A stretch of 64,000 nucleotides of DNA, taken from Candidatus Omnitrophota bacterium (GTDB taxonomy: Bacteria > Omnitrophota > Gorgyraeia > Zapsychrales > Zapsychraceae). Shown in pieces: positions 18,703 to 28,337 of the stretch. A program made the position numbers and the translations under genes. The notes beneath the pieces were generated by a model that worked only from the letters and a program-made list of their open reading frames with translations, was not told where the DNA came from and did not search any database. Numbering within the stretch: position 1 is the first letter of the stretch; each line of letters starts with the position of its first letter. The stretch is from positions 70,528 through 134,527 of the forward strand of contig JADFYJ010000004.1 of the NCBI GenBank assembly GCA_015233115.1. The letters run 5' to 3'.

Positions 18703-19328
18703 TTGCTCACCCTTTGTTTATAAATTTCATTTAACAGTTCTTCAGTACTTTTTATACCAGCTACGCGTTTCAATGCTTTTTCAATCATATCCATGGCTTC
18801 TGGACGTTTATATTGTAATTGGAGTAAAACTTCTAAAGCTTCTTCCTGCCAGCTGGCAGTGATGCTGTTTATAGACGGTGCAGTCACTTGATCCTGAATC
18901 AAAGCGAATTTCGCCATTTTCGTTTGAAGCTTAGCGACAATTTCTTTAGCCCGTTGAGTGCCAATACCCGGTAAACTGGTTAAAAATTTCACATCTCCAG
19001 CGCTGATGGCCTGCGCGATCTCTGACATCGGACGGTCTAGCGCTTTGACAGCCGCGCGGGGTCCGATCCCGGAAACCGTAATAAAACGCATAAAAAAATC
19101 CCGCTCCACATCATTGGCAAAACCGATCAACACGGGTGTTCCGCTAGACGGGCTGATCTGATGATAATGATACGTTACGAGACTAATATTTCCATCAGCA
19201 TCCATAATCTGATCGAGACGCTGTAATAACGGGGCCGGAACCATCACTTCGTAATAAAGCCCATGCACGTTTAATGTCAAAGACTGCTCTTTAGCACAAA
19301 TAAGTTTACCAATAATACCGACTATCAT
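18699..19328 (-). CDS. ruvA: Holliday junction branch migration protein RuvA
   Basis: OB-fold N-terminus; HhH motifs VSGIGPR.A and LPGIG...A; next to ruvC. Confidence 0.93.
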   Translation of the reverse strand: MIVGIIGKLICAKEQSLTLNVHGLYYEVMVPAPLLQRLDQIMDADGNISLVTYHYHQISPSSGTPVLIGFANDVERDFFMRFITVSGIGPRAAVKALDRPMSEIAQAISAGDVKFLTSLPGIGTQRAKEIVAKLQTKMAKFALIQDQVTAPSINSITASWQEEALEVLLQLQYKRPEAMDMIEKALKRVAGIKSTEELLNEIYKQRVSK

Positions 19329-19804
19329 GGTTTTCGTTCCATACTCACATAACCTAATGCTAAAGCCACCGCATCACTGGCATCTAATTTCATTTGCTCT
19401 TCTTTGACTTTCAATATGTGCGCTACTACTTTTCTAGTCTGAATCTTAGTCGCGTTTCCATTGCCGGCAACAGCTTTACGGATCCGCTTAACGCTGTATT
19501 CCACTAACTCGATCTTTTTTTGGACAGCCGCCAAACATATCACACCGCGGACATGCCCCATAACACCTGCCGTTGTCGGATATTGGGAATGGGTGTACAG
19601 TTTTTCCAGCACCATGACATCCGGTTTATATTCGTCGAGAATGGCGCAAAGAACATTATAAACTTTTTCAATTCTAATTTCAAAACGCGCGCTTTTAGAC
19701 GGCTCAATCGTACCCGCTTCAAGCAAAACACTTTTCTGTCCGGTATGATCCAACAAAGCATACCCAGCCACATTTGAACCAGGATCAATACCGATGATTA
19801 ACAT
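19325..19804 (-). CDS. ruvC: Crossover junction endodeoxyribonuclease RuvC
   Basis: IIGIDPG, E, G.G.ATK, DASDAVALA. Confidence 0.95.
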   Translation of the reverse strand: MLIIGIDPGSNVAGYALLDHTGQKSVLLEAGTIEPSKSARFEIRIEKVYNVLCAILDEYKPDVMVLEKLYTHSQYPTTAGVMGHVRGVICLAAVQKKIELVEYSVKRIRKAVAGNGNATKIQTRKVVAHILKVKEEQMKLDASDAVALALGYVSMERKP

Positions 19805-19814
19805 ATTAAAAACC

Positions 19815-19838
19815 GTGACAGTGTGACAGTGTTACATT
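19815..19838. repeat. Short octamer array
   Basis: gtgacagt gtgacagt gttacatt. Confidence 0.75.
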
Positions 19839-19842
19839 TTTT

Positions 19843-20598
19843 CTAGCTTTCTGCTGCTATCTTCGCCATTTCTTCGTCGGAAATATCAAAATTCGCGTAT
19901 ACGTTCTGAACGTCTTCCTGTTCTTCCAACGCTTCCATCAACGCTAAAACTTGACGAGCATTTGCTCCATCCACTTGAATATATGTGCTAGGGATCATGG
20001 TCATTTCCGCTGAACTAACTATGATGCCTTTGGATTCAATAGCCGTCTTAACTTTTGGCAAATCACTGATAGCCGTCGTGATTTCATGCAATTCCCCCTC
20101 TGATACAACATCTTCAGCGCCAGCATCAAGCGCGATTTCCATAATCTGGTCTTCACTAGCTTTTGCTTTTTCAACCGTAATAAATCCTTTTTTCGTAAAC
20201 AAAAACGAGGTACTGCCCGGTGTAGCCATGGAACCGTTCTTTTTGCTCAATATATTCCGCAGTTCAGCTGTTGTCCGATTTTTATTATCAGTCAAGGTCG
20301 TAATATACATAGCAACGCCAGCAGGGCCGTACGCATCAAAAGAATTTTCTTCATAAACAATACCCGGAAGCTCACCTGTACCTTTTTTAATCGCATTTTC
20401 AACGTTAACTTGAGGCATGTTAATCATTCTGGCCCGTTCAATCGCAGTTCTAAGCGCCGCGTTAGTTTCAATACTGCCGCCGCCGGCTCTCGCCACGGTC
20501 GTAATTTCCCTGATCATTTTGGTAAAAGCTTGACCACGCTTAGCGTCTGCTGCCGCTTTTTTATGTTTTATGGTCGCCCATTTCGAATGTCCTGACAT
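19843..20598 (-). CDS. yebC: YebC/PmpR-family protein
   Basis: MSGHSKWATIKHKK, TDNKNRT, DVQNVYAN. Confidence 0.97.
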   Translation of the reverse strand: MSGHSKWATIKHKKAAADAKRGQAFTKMIREITTVARAGGGSIETNAALRTAIERARMINMPQVNVENAIKKGTGELPGIVYEENSFDAYGPAGVAMYITTLTDNKNRTTAELRNILSKKNGSMATPGSTSFLFTKKGFITVEKAKASEDQIMEIALDAGAEDVVSEGELHEITTAISDLPKVKTAIESKGIIVSSAEMTMIPSTYIQVDGANARQVLALMEALEEQEDVQNVYANFDISDEEMAKIAAES

Positions 20599-20683
20599 CT
20601 TAAATCCTCCTGTAATCTGTTTTTATAATTTTAAAGTAACATAGAAAAAACAATTGATAAAAAACTCATAACAGCTTAATAAA

Positions 20684-20904
20684 GCGACAACGTAACCGAG
20701 TGACCGAATAGCAAAGGACAACAAAAAAGAATTAGAACAAAAACAATACACAAAATTAAAAACAAAGGCCTAAATAACAAAAATAATAATGCTGATATTT
20801 TTTTAAATTTTTTTAGTTGTTGGCTTTTAGTTTTTGATCTTTCGCTTTCGCTTTTTCTTTTACTCTGTCACTCTGTTACTCGGTTACTCGGTTACTCTGT
20901 CACT
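20684..20904. repeat. Inverted octamer arrays around an A-rich/T-rich core
   Basis: gtaaccga gtgaccga ... gtcactct gttactcg gttactcg gttactct gtcact. Confidence 0.9.
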
Positions 20905-20910
20905 TTTTTA

Positions 20911-21237
20911 ATGAAAACCCATAAGCCGAGTTCTGTAACCTCTCACGAGGCGATGGTTATTCCACTCACGCCGAAGCTTACGCCCCGGTATCTTGCAGCC
21001 TACCCGGAAATATTAACGCGACGGATCGCCGCGCGTTTGGACAAACCAAAACTCTTTCCCTATTTGGCCTTACTCCATGCAGAGATTGCTCGTTTCACTT
21101 CCTCTTTCAAGGACTCGTCTCTGTAGCTCTAATCCAGTGTCTCCACTGCCTTGCGTTAACAAGGTGCATTATCCTTCGGAGCTCGGACTTTCCTCCCTGC
21201 CGTGTTAAACAGTAGGGCAACCACCCTAGGTTTTCAT
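20911..21237 (-). ncRNA. rnpB: RNase P RNA (class A-like)
   Basis: Minus strand has GAGGAAAGTCCGAGC and ACAGAACTCGGCTTA (P4 halves), AAGGCCAAATAGGG, and P1 pairing ATGAAAACCT / GGGTTTTCAT. Confidence 0.97.
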
Positions 21238-21627
21238 TTCTTTTATAGACGATGTTGCTAACTTATCGGCGATTTTATTTTTTTCGCGCGGAATGTGCGC
21301 AATCGAAAATTCGGCAATTCCTTTTTTCAAACGAAGAGCTTCTCTGCATAAATTCTGAAGGTTCGCGTTCTTGATCTGATATTTACCGGTAACCTGCTTA
21401 AAAACCAATTCACTATCCGTAAAAATATTGACCTTGTCTGCTTTCATGGCTAAAGCTTCTTTCAAAGCACAAATCAACGCTGAATATTCCGCGATGTTGT
21501 TCGTCCCTTCACCGATATAACGGGAAATTTCTTTGACGACAATATCATCTTTTTTAATGGCGACGCCGATCCCCGCAGGGCCGGGATTCCCGCTGCACGC
21601 GCCGTCAATATATATTTCTAAAATCAT
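21226..21627 (-). CDS. rnhA: Ribonuclease HI
   Basis: YIDGACSGNPGPAG, TNNIAEY, TDSELV, HIPREKN..AD.LA. Confidence 0.95.
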   Translation of the reverse strand: MILEIYIDGACSGNPGPAGIGVAIKKDDIVVKEISRYIGEGTNNIAEYSALICALKEALAMKADKVNIFTDSELVFKQVTGKYQIKNANLQNLCREALRLKKGIAEFSIAHIPREKNKIADKLATSSIKEMKT

Positions 21628-21642
21628 TATGCCTGTTCCTAA

Positions 21643-21745
21643 AAAATGGTGTCAGACCTCAACCTGAAAGATTTTGTTCAAAATGAAAACGGTTCAACGG
21701 TTAACTTCCTGGCGCCTAAGCTCAGTCGAGATCAGACACCATTTT
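21643..21745. mobile_element. MITE-like element, copy 1 (93-bp core at 21648-21740)
   Basis: Perfect 11-bp inverted ends AAAATGGTGTC / GACACCATTTT; homologous to 51859-51951. Confidence 0.7.
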
Positions 21746-22457
21746 GTTCCTCAAGATACAAAATCCGGGCACACACGACGCACATCACTAAATCTTCCAT
21801 CATTTTTGCGGCATTGACCTGCTGGGTGGTTACATTCATGAAACATCCGCCGCAGGAATTGCCGACGATGGGAACAATGGCTAATCCGTCTTTTTTGGCT
21901 AACATCCTTTCGTAACGGCTCAATAATCCTAAATCAACCCCAGCCACCAGCCCTATTCTCTGGCCTTCCAATTCCGCTAATCGGTTTTTCATCTGCGTTA
22001 ATTCATCATCAATGGTTTTTTTCTTAGACGCGAATTCTTTCTCACTCTCAGCAACATTCTTCTTTTCCGCATCAATCTCTTTATTCACGGCCTCTGATTC
22101 ATCATACGAAATTAAAATTTTCTCTTCGATGAGCGACATATCCGCTTTAATGTTTTCAATCTCCGATTGCTTGGCATGATATTCTTTATTCGTTTTAAGC
22201 AGAGATAATTGCCCATTCGCTTTGGCGGCCGCGTCTTCTTTGGTCTTTAACTCAAGTTCTTTTTCTTTACGGGTTAACTGAATTCTTTTTGATTTTTCTT
22301 CCAGCTGAGCCAGTTTCGCTTTCTTGACTTCAAACGCGGCTTTAAGCTCGTCGATCAATTTGGGTTTCTCAACTAATGTTTCTTTAAGATCATGAAGCTC
22401 TTTATCGTTTTTCTGCAATGCAATCAACTTCTTCAACTGTTCTTTAATATCAGCCAC
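21732..22457 (-). CDS. Coiled-coil protein with C4-type zinc ribbon (CT398-like)
   Basis: Long coiled coil; SCGGCF...CVVCARILY. Confidence 0.92.
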   Translation of the reverse strand: MADIKEQLKKLIALQKNDKELHDLKETLVEKPKLIDELKAAFEVKKAKLAQLEEKSKRIQLTRKEKELELKTKEDAAAKANGQLSLLKTNKEYHAKQSEIENIKADMSLIEEKILISYDESEAVNKEIDAEKKNVAESEKEFASKKKTIDDELTQMKNRLAELEGQRIGLVAGVDLGLLSRYERMLAKKDGLAIVPIVGNSCGGCFMNVTTQQVNAAKMMEDLVMCVVCARILYLEEQNGV

Positions 22458-22491
22458 TGGTTATCCTTTTTAAGAGTGAAAGGTAAAAAGA

Positions 22492-22601
22492 AAAATGGGC
22501 ACAGAAGGGCTCGGCGCCTTCGGTCGGCCACCCGCCCCGCAAGCAAGATGCTCCTATTCGTCGCATCTGCGGGGCTCCCTTCGAGCCTTGATACTTTTTT
22601 C
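22492..22601 (-). mobile_element. tRNA-linked structured repeat downstream of tRNA-Val
   Basis: 22-bp direct repeat (22492-22513 = 22602-22623) of the tRNA 3' end plus trailer; internal hairpin shared with 22699-22817. Confidence 0.8.
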
Positions 22602-22605
22602 AAAA

Positions 22606-22679
22606 TGGGCACAGAAGGGCTCGAACCTTCGACCTCAGCGATGTGAACGCTGCGCTCTAACCAACTGAGCTATGCGCCC
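22606..22679 (-). tRNA. tRNA-Val(CAC), CCA not encoded
   Basis: GGGCGCA TAGCTCAGTTGGTTAGAGC G CAGCG TT CAC AT CGCTG AGGTC GAAGG TTCGAGC CCTTC TGTGCCC A. Confidence 0.97.
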
Positions 22680-22698
22680 TGAAAAACTATATAAAATC

Positions 22699-22817
22699 TA
22701 TTTATGGGCCCACAGGGACTCGGCGCCCTTACGGGTCGGCCACTCGCCCCGCAAAACCTGATGCTCCTATTCGTCGCATCTGCGGGGCTCTCTTCGAGTC
22801 CCTTTCTGCTATGAAAT
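22699..22817 (-). mobile_element. tRNA-linked structured repeat downstream of tRNA-Ile2
   Basis: 24-bp direct repeat (22699-22722 = 22818-22841); same internal hairpin as 22492-22601. Confidence 0.8.
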
Positions 22818-22823
22818 TATTTA

Positions 22824-22897
22824 TGGGCCCACAGGGACTCGAACCCCGGACCAAGTGATTATGAGTCACCTGCTCTAACCGCCTGAGCTATGGGCCC
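22824..22897 (-). tRNA. tRNA with CAT anticodon, most likely tRNA-Ile2 (lysidine); CCA not encoded
   Basis: GGGCCCA TAGCTCAGGCGGTTAGAGC A GGTGA CT CAT AA TCACT TGGTC CGGGG TTCGAGT CCCTG TGGGCCC A; lacks initiator features and resembles Ile2. Confidence 0.92.
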
Positions 22898-22930
22898 TAT
22901 ATATATAAATATCTTAATTATAGGTTTTTT

Positions 22931-22959
22931 AGCATATCACAAGGTTATTTATCTTTCAA
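22931..22959 (-). promoter_or_regulatory. Putative sigma70 promoter of the tRNA operon
   Basis: TTGAAA-N17-TATGCT with extended TG. Confidence 0.65.
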
Positions 22960-23149
22960 TATATTTCAGGAAGGAAACAAAAAAAGGATATTCCTGTAAG
23001 TATATGGCAAATAATATGTTATACAAATGAACCTGAAAAAAATATCAGTGTCTAGTTAAAATAGAAATAAACATGCTTATTCTGATAAATTACCCGAATT
23101 CTCACCAACAGTTTTCAAACCAACTATACAAATTATTTTTTATATTCTC

Positions 23150-23180
23150 CCTATCGCCTATTGCCTATCACCTATTGCCT
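23150..23180. repeat. Heptamer array (CCTATYR x4) just after the ssb stop
   Basis: cctatcg cctattg cctatca cctattg cct. Confidence 0.9.
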
Positions 23181-23183
23181 TAT

Positions 23184-23582
23184 TTATGGCGTTTCCCAAT
23201 TATTGTCACCCACAAAACCAGCTTCCTCTTTTGGTACATCAGAAGCAGGTTTACCTGAATAAAGAAATTGAACATTAACGGCAATAACTTTTACCCGGCT
23301 GCGTTTTTCCCCTGCATCAGTTTGCCATTGTTCTTGACGGAGCCGGCCGGTAACCACAACTGGACTGCCTTTTTTTAAATACTTATTACAATTTTCAGCC
23401 TGGACTCCCCACACATCCACATCCATAAACAAAACTTCTTTTTTCTTTTCATTATTCGACATATACGTCCGATTGCTCGCCACAACTATAGACGCGACTT
23501 TTTGACCCGAAGGCAAATCCTTCAAAACGACATCTTTAGCTAAATTCCCACCCAATATCACGCTGTTAATTTCAAAGCTCAT
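23184..23582 (-). CDS. ssb: Single-stranded DNA-binding protein
   Basis: NSVILGGNL..D, VWG..AE....YL.KG..V.V.GRL...W. Confidence 0.95.
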   Translation of the reverse strand: MSFEINSVILGGNLAKDVVLKDLPSGQKVASIVVASNRTYMSNNEKKKEVLFMDVDVWGVQAENCNKYLKKGSPVVVTGRLRQEQWQTDAGEKRSRVKVIAVNVQFLYSGKPASDVPKEEAGFVGDNNWETP

Positions 23583-23598
23583 GAGGTTAGCCTTTCTC

Positions 23599-24420
23599 TT
23601 ATTCTCTTACCACTTTTATCTTTAATATCCCCGACGGACGGACGCCCTGATACGGTAAAGCGTAAACACATTCAATCTCAACTTCTTTGGGAACGCCAAA
23701 ACCCTCCCCTTTAAAAATAGTTGTCCGGGTTTCTCCTGATTTCAAATAAAAATCCTTAATGTCTTTCGCGTTCTCATCAGCCCGTTTAATTCCCCAAGGT
23801 CTCCCTCCATATAAAAAAAATACAGTTTGTTCGTTTAAATCTTTAAACTTAAGCATTTGCCTCCCGGTATTTTTTAACGTCACCTTAAAAGTAATATCTT
23901 CATTTAAAGCATAGACCTCTTTTTCCGGTCTTAAAATTAATTTGTAGGGTAAATATTCCTGTTCCAAATCCCATAATCCTTGGCCAAAATCTTCAACATA
24001 TTTTTCTAAATCAAAAAAACGTTGGCGGCCGCCAGGATCAGTAAAACCCGCTAATTTAATCCCTAACAACGGAAACTCTTTTTCAAAATACCCCTCCCGG
24101 TTGAAAAAGGCGCTTTGATCCGCGGTCTTAATAATTTCCAACCCTAATTCATATTTAATCGGACGGCGCGACTGAGTATCCGCGTATTTATAGACAAAAG
24201 TTTTAATCCCATATTGATTTTTTACCGTCGAAATCTGATCAAAATCATTTAATTCTTTATACACCTTTTTCATTTTAACGATATGGATAAAAATCTGATT
24301 CATCGCCATATTGCACGAAGAAACAGTATCACCGGTAAATTTGAATTCTTGAGCTCTGGCCGTCGTACAAAATAGCAGAAGAAAAAATAAACCACAAAAA
24401 AAATTTTTAAACATTAACAA
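23599..24420 (-). CDS. Secreted hypothetical protein with a probable Ig-like C-terminal domain
   Basis: Signal peptide ending ARA; E.Y...E.ITFKVTLKNTG...LKSGETRT. Confidence 0.75.
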   Translation of the reverse strand: MLMFKNFFCGLFFLLLFCTTARAQEFKFTGDTVSSCNMAMNQIFIHIVKMKKVYKELNDFDQISTVKNQYGIKTFVYKYADTQSRRPIKYELGLEIIKTADQSAFFNREGYFEKEFPLLGIKLAGFTDPGGRQRFFDLEKYVEDFGQGLWDLEQEYLPYKLILRPEKEVYALNEDITFKVTLKNTGRQMLKFKDLNEQTVFFLYGGRPWGIKRADENAKDIKDFYLKSGETRTTIFKGEGFGVPKEVEIECVYALPYQGVRPSGILKIKVVRE

Positions 24421-24434
24421 TCCTTCCTAAAAAA

Positions 24435-24664
24435 GTGACCGAGTAACAGAGTAACCATGTAACAAAGTTAAAAAACGATTTTTTAAAAACACCAAAAGCT
24501 AAAAAAAATAAAATAATTTCCAATACCGATTTATTAGTTTAACAAAAAAATACAAAATAATTAACTATTTTGTTTCTCGTTTTTTGCTTTTGCTTTTTCT
24601 CAACATTCAATTTTTATTTACCCGCTTTTACTCTGTCACACTGTTACTCGGTTACTCGGTTACT
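24435..24664. repeat. Inverted octamer arrays around an A-rich/T-rich core
   Basis: gtgaccga gtaacaga gtaaccat gtaacaaa ... gtcacact gttactcg gttactcg gttact. Confidence 0.9.
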
Positions 24665-24666
24665 AT

Positions 24667-24708
24667 AAAAAAACGGCCCTGTACCATTTGGTCCAGGGCC
24701 GTTTTTTT
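24667..24708 (-). terminator. Intrinsic terminator after rpoD
   Basis: A7-CGGCCCTG...CAGGGCCG-T7. Confidence 0.9.
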
Positions 24709-26299
24709 ATATTGTATCCTCATCGTGCTCAGTCATATCAAGAAATTGTTTGATACGACGAGAACGAGTGGGATGACGCAGCTTTTTGAGCGCTTTGGAT
24801 TCGATTTGGCGGACACGTTCCCGGGTCACGTTAAATTCCATACCCACTTCTTCAAGAGTGCGGGTTGTACCATCGTGAATCCCAAAACGTAATTCCAAAA
24901 TTTTTCGTTCACGGTCATCTAAAGTCTGCAAAACCGAATTAATTTCATCTTTCAGCATAGACTGCAACGTAGCCATAGCTGGAGACACTGCTTTTTTATC
25001 TTCAATAAAATCTCCAAAATGAGTATCTCCCTCATCGCCGATGGGAGTCTGCAATGAAATCGGCACTTGAGAAATTTTAAGGATTTCTTTCACTTTAATG
25101 ACCGGCATGCGCATCTGTTTCGCGATCTCTTGCGCGCTGGGTTCACGTCCGTATTCTTGCACGAATAAACGGGAAATACGCACAATCTTATTGATCGTCT
25201 CAGTCATGTGAACCGGAATACGGATTGTCCGCGCCTGATCAGCGATCGAACGCGTAATAGCCTGACGAATCCACCAGGTGGCATAAGTCGAAAATTTATA
25301 CCCGCGTTTATATTCGAATTTTTCAACCGCGCGGATCAAACCCATATTGCCTTCCTGGATTAAATCCAAAAATGAAAGCCCGCGGTTAATATATTTCTTA
25401 GCGATACTGACCACCAAACGCAAGTTCGCTTCTACCAACAACTTTTTCGCTTTATTAAATTTAGACTGACGAAGTTTAATAATACGAAGTTGTTCTTTAA
25501 CAACCTCTGTGTCCTGACCTAATTTCTTAGAAAGATCAGCCAACTCTTTTTTTAAGGCCGGGTCTTTCTTGGTCTTAACAGATTTTTCCAATTTTTCAAT
25601 GCGGTGGACCAGGTCCAGAATCCCATCCACAATTTTTTCATTAAACGTGGCGGTCAATTTAAACTGTGCTAATAATTCCGCGGCTTTATCGGTAGCCGGC
25701 TTAACTTTCAAAATTTGTTGTCTAATTCGTTTGAGATCCGGCACCAAATTCGAACGGCGTTCTAGCTCATCCTTAATCATATCTTCGGGATTCACTTCAC
25801 CCACGCCGATCTTGCTGACGCATTCCAAAGCCGCATCCCGGGCATATACAGTTTTGTACAGGGCTTCCGCAAAACCGATTTCCGCTTCTTCTATACGTTT
25901 AGCCAGACTAATCTCGTTTTCACGGGACAAAAGAGGGATTGACCCCATTTGCTTCAAATACATTTTGACCGGATCGTCGAGCGGAATAAACTTATCGGAA
26001 TAACCGGTATCATCTTCCTTATTTTCTTCACGGACCCGGCGCACTTCCTGCTCACGCGTTTCCTTTTCTAATTCTTCTTCCGACCCCTCGACTTCTTCAT
26101 CCGAGTCAATGATCCGGATATCTTTTCCGTCAAGGATATCAAACACTTTATCAATTTCTTCCGAAGACTCAACATTTTCGGACAAAGCTTCATTCACTTC
26201 CGAATAGGTCAAGAAACCTTTTTTCTTTCCCAAAGCCACGAGTTTCTCGATATCCTGCGCAATATCATACTTCTCGTTACGGGTGACCGTGTCTTTCAT
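24707..26299 (-). CDS. rpoD: Primary sigma factor sigma70
   Basis: Region 1.1, [44 protein letters not shown]. Confidence 0.99.
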   Translation of the reverse strand: MKDTVTRNEKYDIAQDIEKLVALGKKKGFLTYSEVNEALSENVESSEEIDKVFDILDGKDIRIIDSDEEVEGSEEELEKETREQEVRRVREENKEDDTGYSDKFIPLDDPVKMYLKQMGSIPLLSRENEISLAKRIEEAEIGFAEALYKTVYARDAALECVSKIGVGEVNPEDMIKDELERRSNLVPDLKRIRQQILKVKPATDKAAELLAQFKLTATFNEKIVDGILDLVHRIEKLEKSVKTKKDPALKKELADLSKKLGQDTEVVKEQLRIIKLRQSKFNKAKKLLVEANLRLVVSIAKKYINRGLSFLDLIQEGNMGLIRAVEKFEYKRGYKFSTYATWWIRQAITRSIADQARTIRIPVHMTETINKIVRISRLFVQEYGREPSAQEIAKQMRMPVIKVKEILKISQVPISLQTPIGDEGDTHFGDFIEDKKAVSPAMATLQSMLKDEINSVLQTLDDRERKILELRFGIHDGTTRTLEEVGMEFNVTRERVRQIESKALKKLRHPTRSRRIKQFLDMTEHDEDTI

Positions 26300-26333
26300 A
26301 AACCACCTTATTTTAACAAATACTGGTTAAAAT

Positions 26334-28118
26334 TTATTTTGACAACAACTGGTTAAATTTTATTTTCAATTCTTCAAGCCGGGCATAATCGCCTGACTTT
26401 TCGGCCGCCTTAATAGCGTCGACAATTTCGTGCCGGCTAACTTTTTGGCGATCTTGTTTTATACGGCCGACAAAATCCGCGTGCATTTTATCTTTGTCTG
26501 CCGAGGGAGGCGTCTCTTCGGTCATAAGTGCCGAGATCAATTGCCTCAATTTTGGATCCTCGAATCTGCTGATCAAATGTGCGATATCTGTCGACTGTCC
26601 CTGTTCAAACAGCTGGTAAATCTGCGTGATCACTGTCCGGATTGTCTCATCGTGAAAATCTGACGGAGCGATCTCCTTCTTGGTCAACGCAATAAATCTT
26701 TTTTCTTCTATGATTAACCGCAAAATATCCCGTTCAACGGTCCGCGTGGTCACTTGTACCACAAAATCTTTTTCTTCAATCCGATTCGAAATCCGCTGGG
26801 ATAATTGCGTATCCACTTTTTTATATTCTGCCGAAAGTATCTCGGTGCTAATATCTACTTTCTTCGCTAATTTCCTTAAATATTCATCTTGCTCAACCGC
26901 ATTGGGAAACCGGTAAATCGTCGGAAGCATTTCTCCGGCAATCCGGGCTTTCCCCTTTGGTGTTTGACTGTCATGCTGTTTTAATAAATAATCCAGCTTA
27001 AAATCAAACACATTTTGCGCGGCCGTAATTCGAGCCTTAAGCGCTTCTGCCCCATAACTGCGAATGAACGAATCAGGATCATCTCCCTCTGCCAGCGTCA
27101 CAACTGAAACATCAATATTTTCTTCAATCAATGTGTCAAAACTCCGCATCATCGCTGACAAACCTGCCGGATCACTATCATAAAGCATAACCACATTATG
27201 AGTATAGCGTCTAATCAAGCGGATTTGCTCAACAGTCAAGGCAGTACCCAGCGACGCGACCACATTATGAAAACCTGCCTGATACGGCATTAAACAATCC
27301 ATGTAGCCTTCCACAATCACCACCTGATCATCTTGCGTAATTACGGATTTCGCCAAATGGAACCCGTACATATGATGACCTTTGGTATAGACCAGAGTTT
27401 CCGGCGAATTAATATATTTTGCGCCGTCTGCTTCCTGCGATTTTTCAATCGCCCGGGCACCAAACGCCCGGCAATGGCCTTGGGTATCAAAGATCGGAAA
27501 CATAATCCGTCCACGAAACCGGTCATAATAGCCTTCGGAACGTTCCCGACGGATAATCAACCCGGCCTTTTCAATCAAGCTTAACGGAAAATTTTTTAAA
27601 CGTAAATAATCCAAAAGGTCATCCCATTTATCAGCGGAAAAACCTAACTGGAATATTTTAACCGTCTCAAGCTCCACTCCGCGGTCTTTTAAATACTGTC
27701 GAGCTTTTTGAGCATTTTCACTTTTATCAGAGAGCAATGTTTTATGAAAAAATTCTGCCGCCGCTAAATTCACGTCAAAGATCAATTGACGTTCGTGATG
27801 TTCATGATTGTCACCGGTAAATTGATCCGGGATCTCAATATTCACTTTCTGCGCCAAAAACCTAACCGCTTCAGGAAAATTCAAGTGTTCCTGCAAAGTT
27901 ACGAATGATACAACATTACCGCCAGCACCGCAACCAAAACAATGAAATATCTGTTTATCCGGATTCACCACAAACGACGGAGACTTTTCCTGGTGAAACG
28001 GACAATTCGTCTTAAAATTCCGGCCAGCTCTTTTGAGAGGGTAATAAGCGGAGATTGTCTGAACAATATCCGTCGCTTCAATAACTCGTCTTATTATCTC
28101 TTCTGGAATCCGGCTCAT
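26334..28118 (-). CDS. dnaG: DNA primase
   Basis: CPFH.EK.PSF...FHCFGC, KYINSPET, VEGYMD, YDSD.AG; start moved to 28118. Confidence 0.98.
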   Translation of the reverse strand: MSRIPEEIIRRVIEATDIVQTISAYYPLKRAGRNFKTNCPFHQEKSPSFVVNPDKQIFHCFGCGAGGNVVSFVTLQEHLNFPEAVRFLAQKVNIEIPDQFTGDNHEHHERQLIFDVNLAAAEFFHKTLLSDKSENAQKARQYLKDRGVELETVKIFQLGFSADKWDDLLDYLRLKNFPLSLIEKAGLIIRRERSEGYYDRFRGRIMFPIFDTQGHCRAFGARAIEKSQEADGAKYINSPETLVYTKGHHMYGFHLAKSVITQDDQVVIVEGYMDCLMPYQAGFHNVVASLGTALTVEQIRLIRRYTHNVVMLYDSDPAGLSAMMRSFDTLIEENIDVSVVTLAEGDDPDSFIRSYGAEALKARITAAQNVFDFKLDYLLKQHDSQTPKGKARIAGEMLPTIYRFPNAVEQDEYLRKLAKKVDISTEILSAEYKKVDTQLSQRISNRIEEKDFVVQVTTRTVERDILRLIIEEKRFIALTKKEIAPSDFHDETIRTVITQIYQLFEQGQSTDIAHLISRFEDPKLRQLISALMTEETPPSADKDKMHADFVGRIKQDRQKVSRHEIVDAIKAAEKSGDYARLEELKIKFNQLLSK

Positions 28119-28148
28119 ATTTTTAAAAACCTGCTTCTTTGGTGCTAA

Positions 28149-28178
28149 AGTATAACACATGATTCTTTTGAATGTCAA
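28149..28178 (-). promoter_or_regulatory. Putative sigma70 promoter for dnaG-rpoD
   Basis: TTGACA-N18-TATACT with extended TG. Confidence 0.7.
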
Positions 28179-28337
28179 GAAAGCGATTTCCCCTCGAAAA
28201 TCAACAAATTTTAACGTAAATCATTGGTAATGTTTATTTTGTGGCTTTAAATCATTCTAGAAATTTTTACTTTATTTTTAGCATTTTAGTCTATTCGAGT
28301 TTCTGTTACAATTTTTAAACTTTTCCCAATGAACTCA

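Noticed and set aside
22492-22897. Prophage or genomic island at the tRNAs, or extra tRNA genes
   Set aside because: The direct repeats are only 110-119 bp apart, no integrase is present, and the duplicated parts lack D and anticodon arms.
22824-22897. tRNA-Met or fMet assignment
   Set aside because: It has a paired G1-C72 and lacks the GGG/CCC anticodon stem of initiators; overall it resembles Ile2. Elongator Met is not fully excluded.
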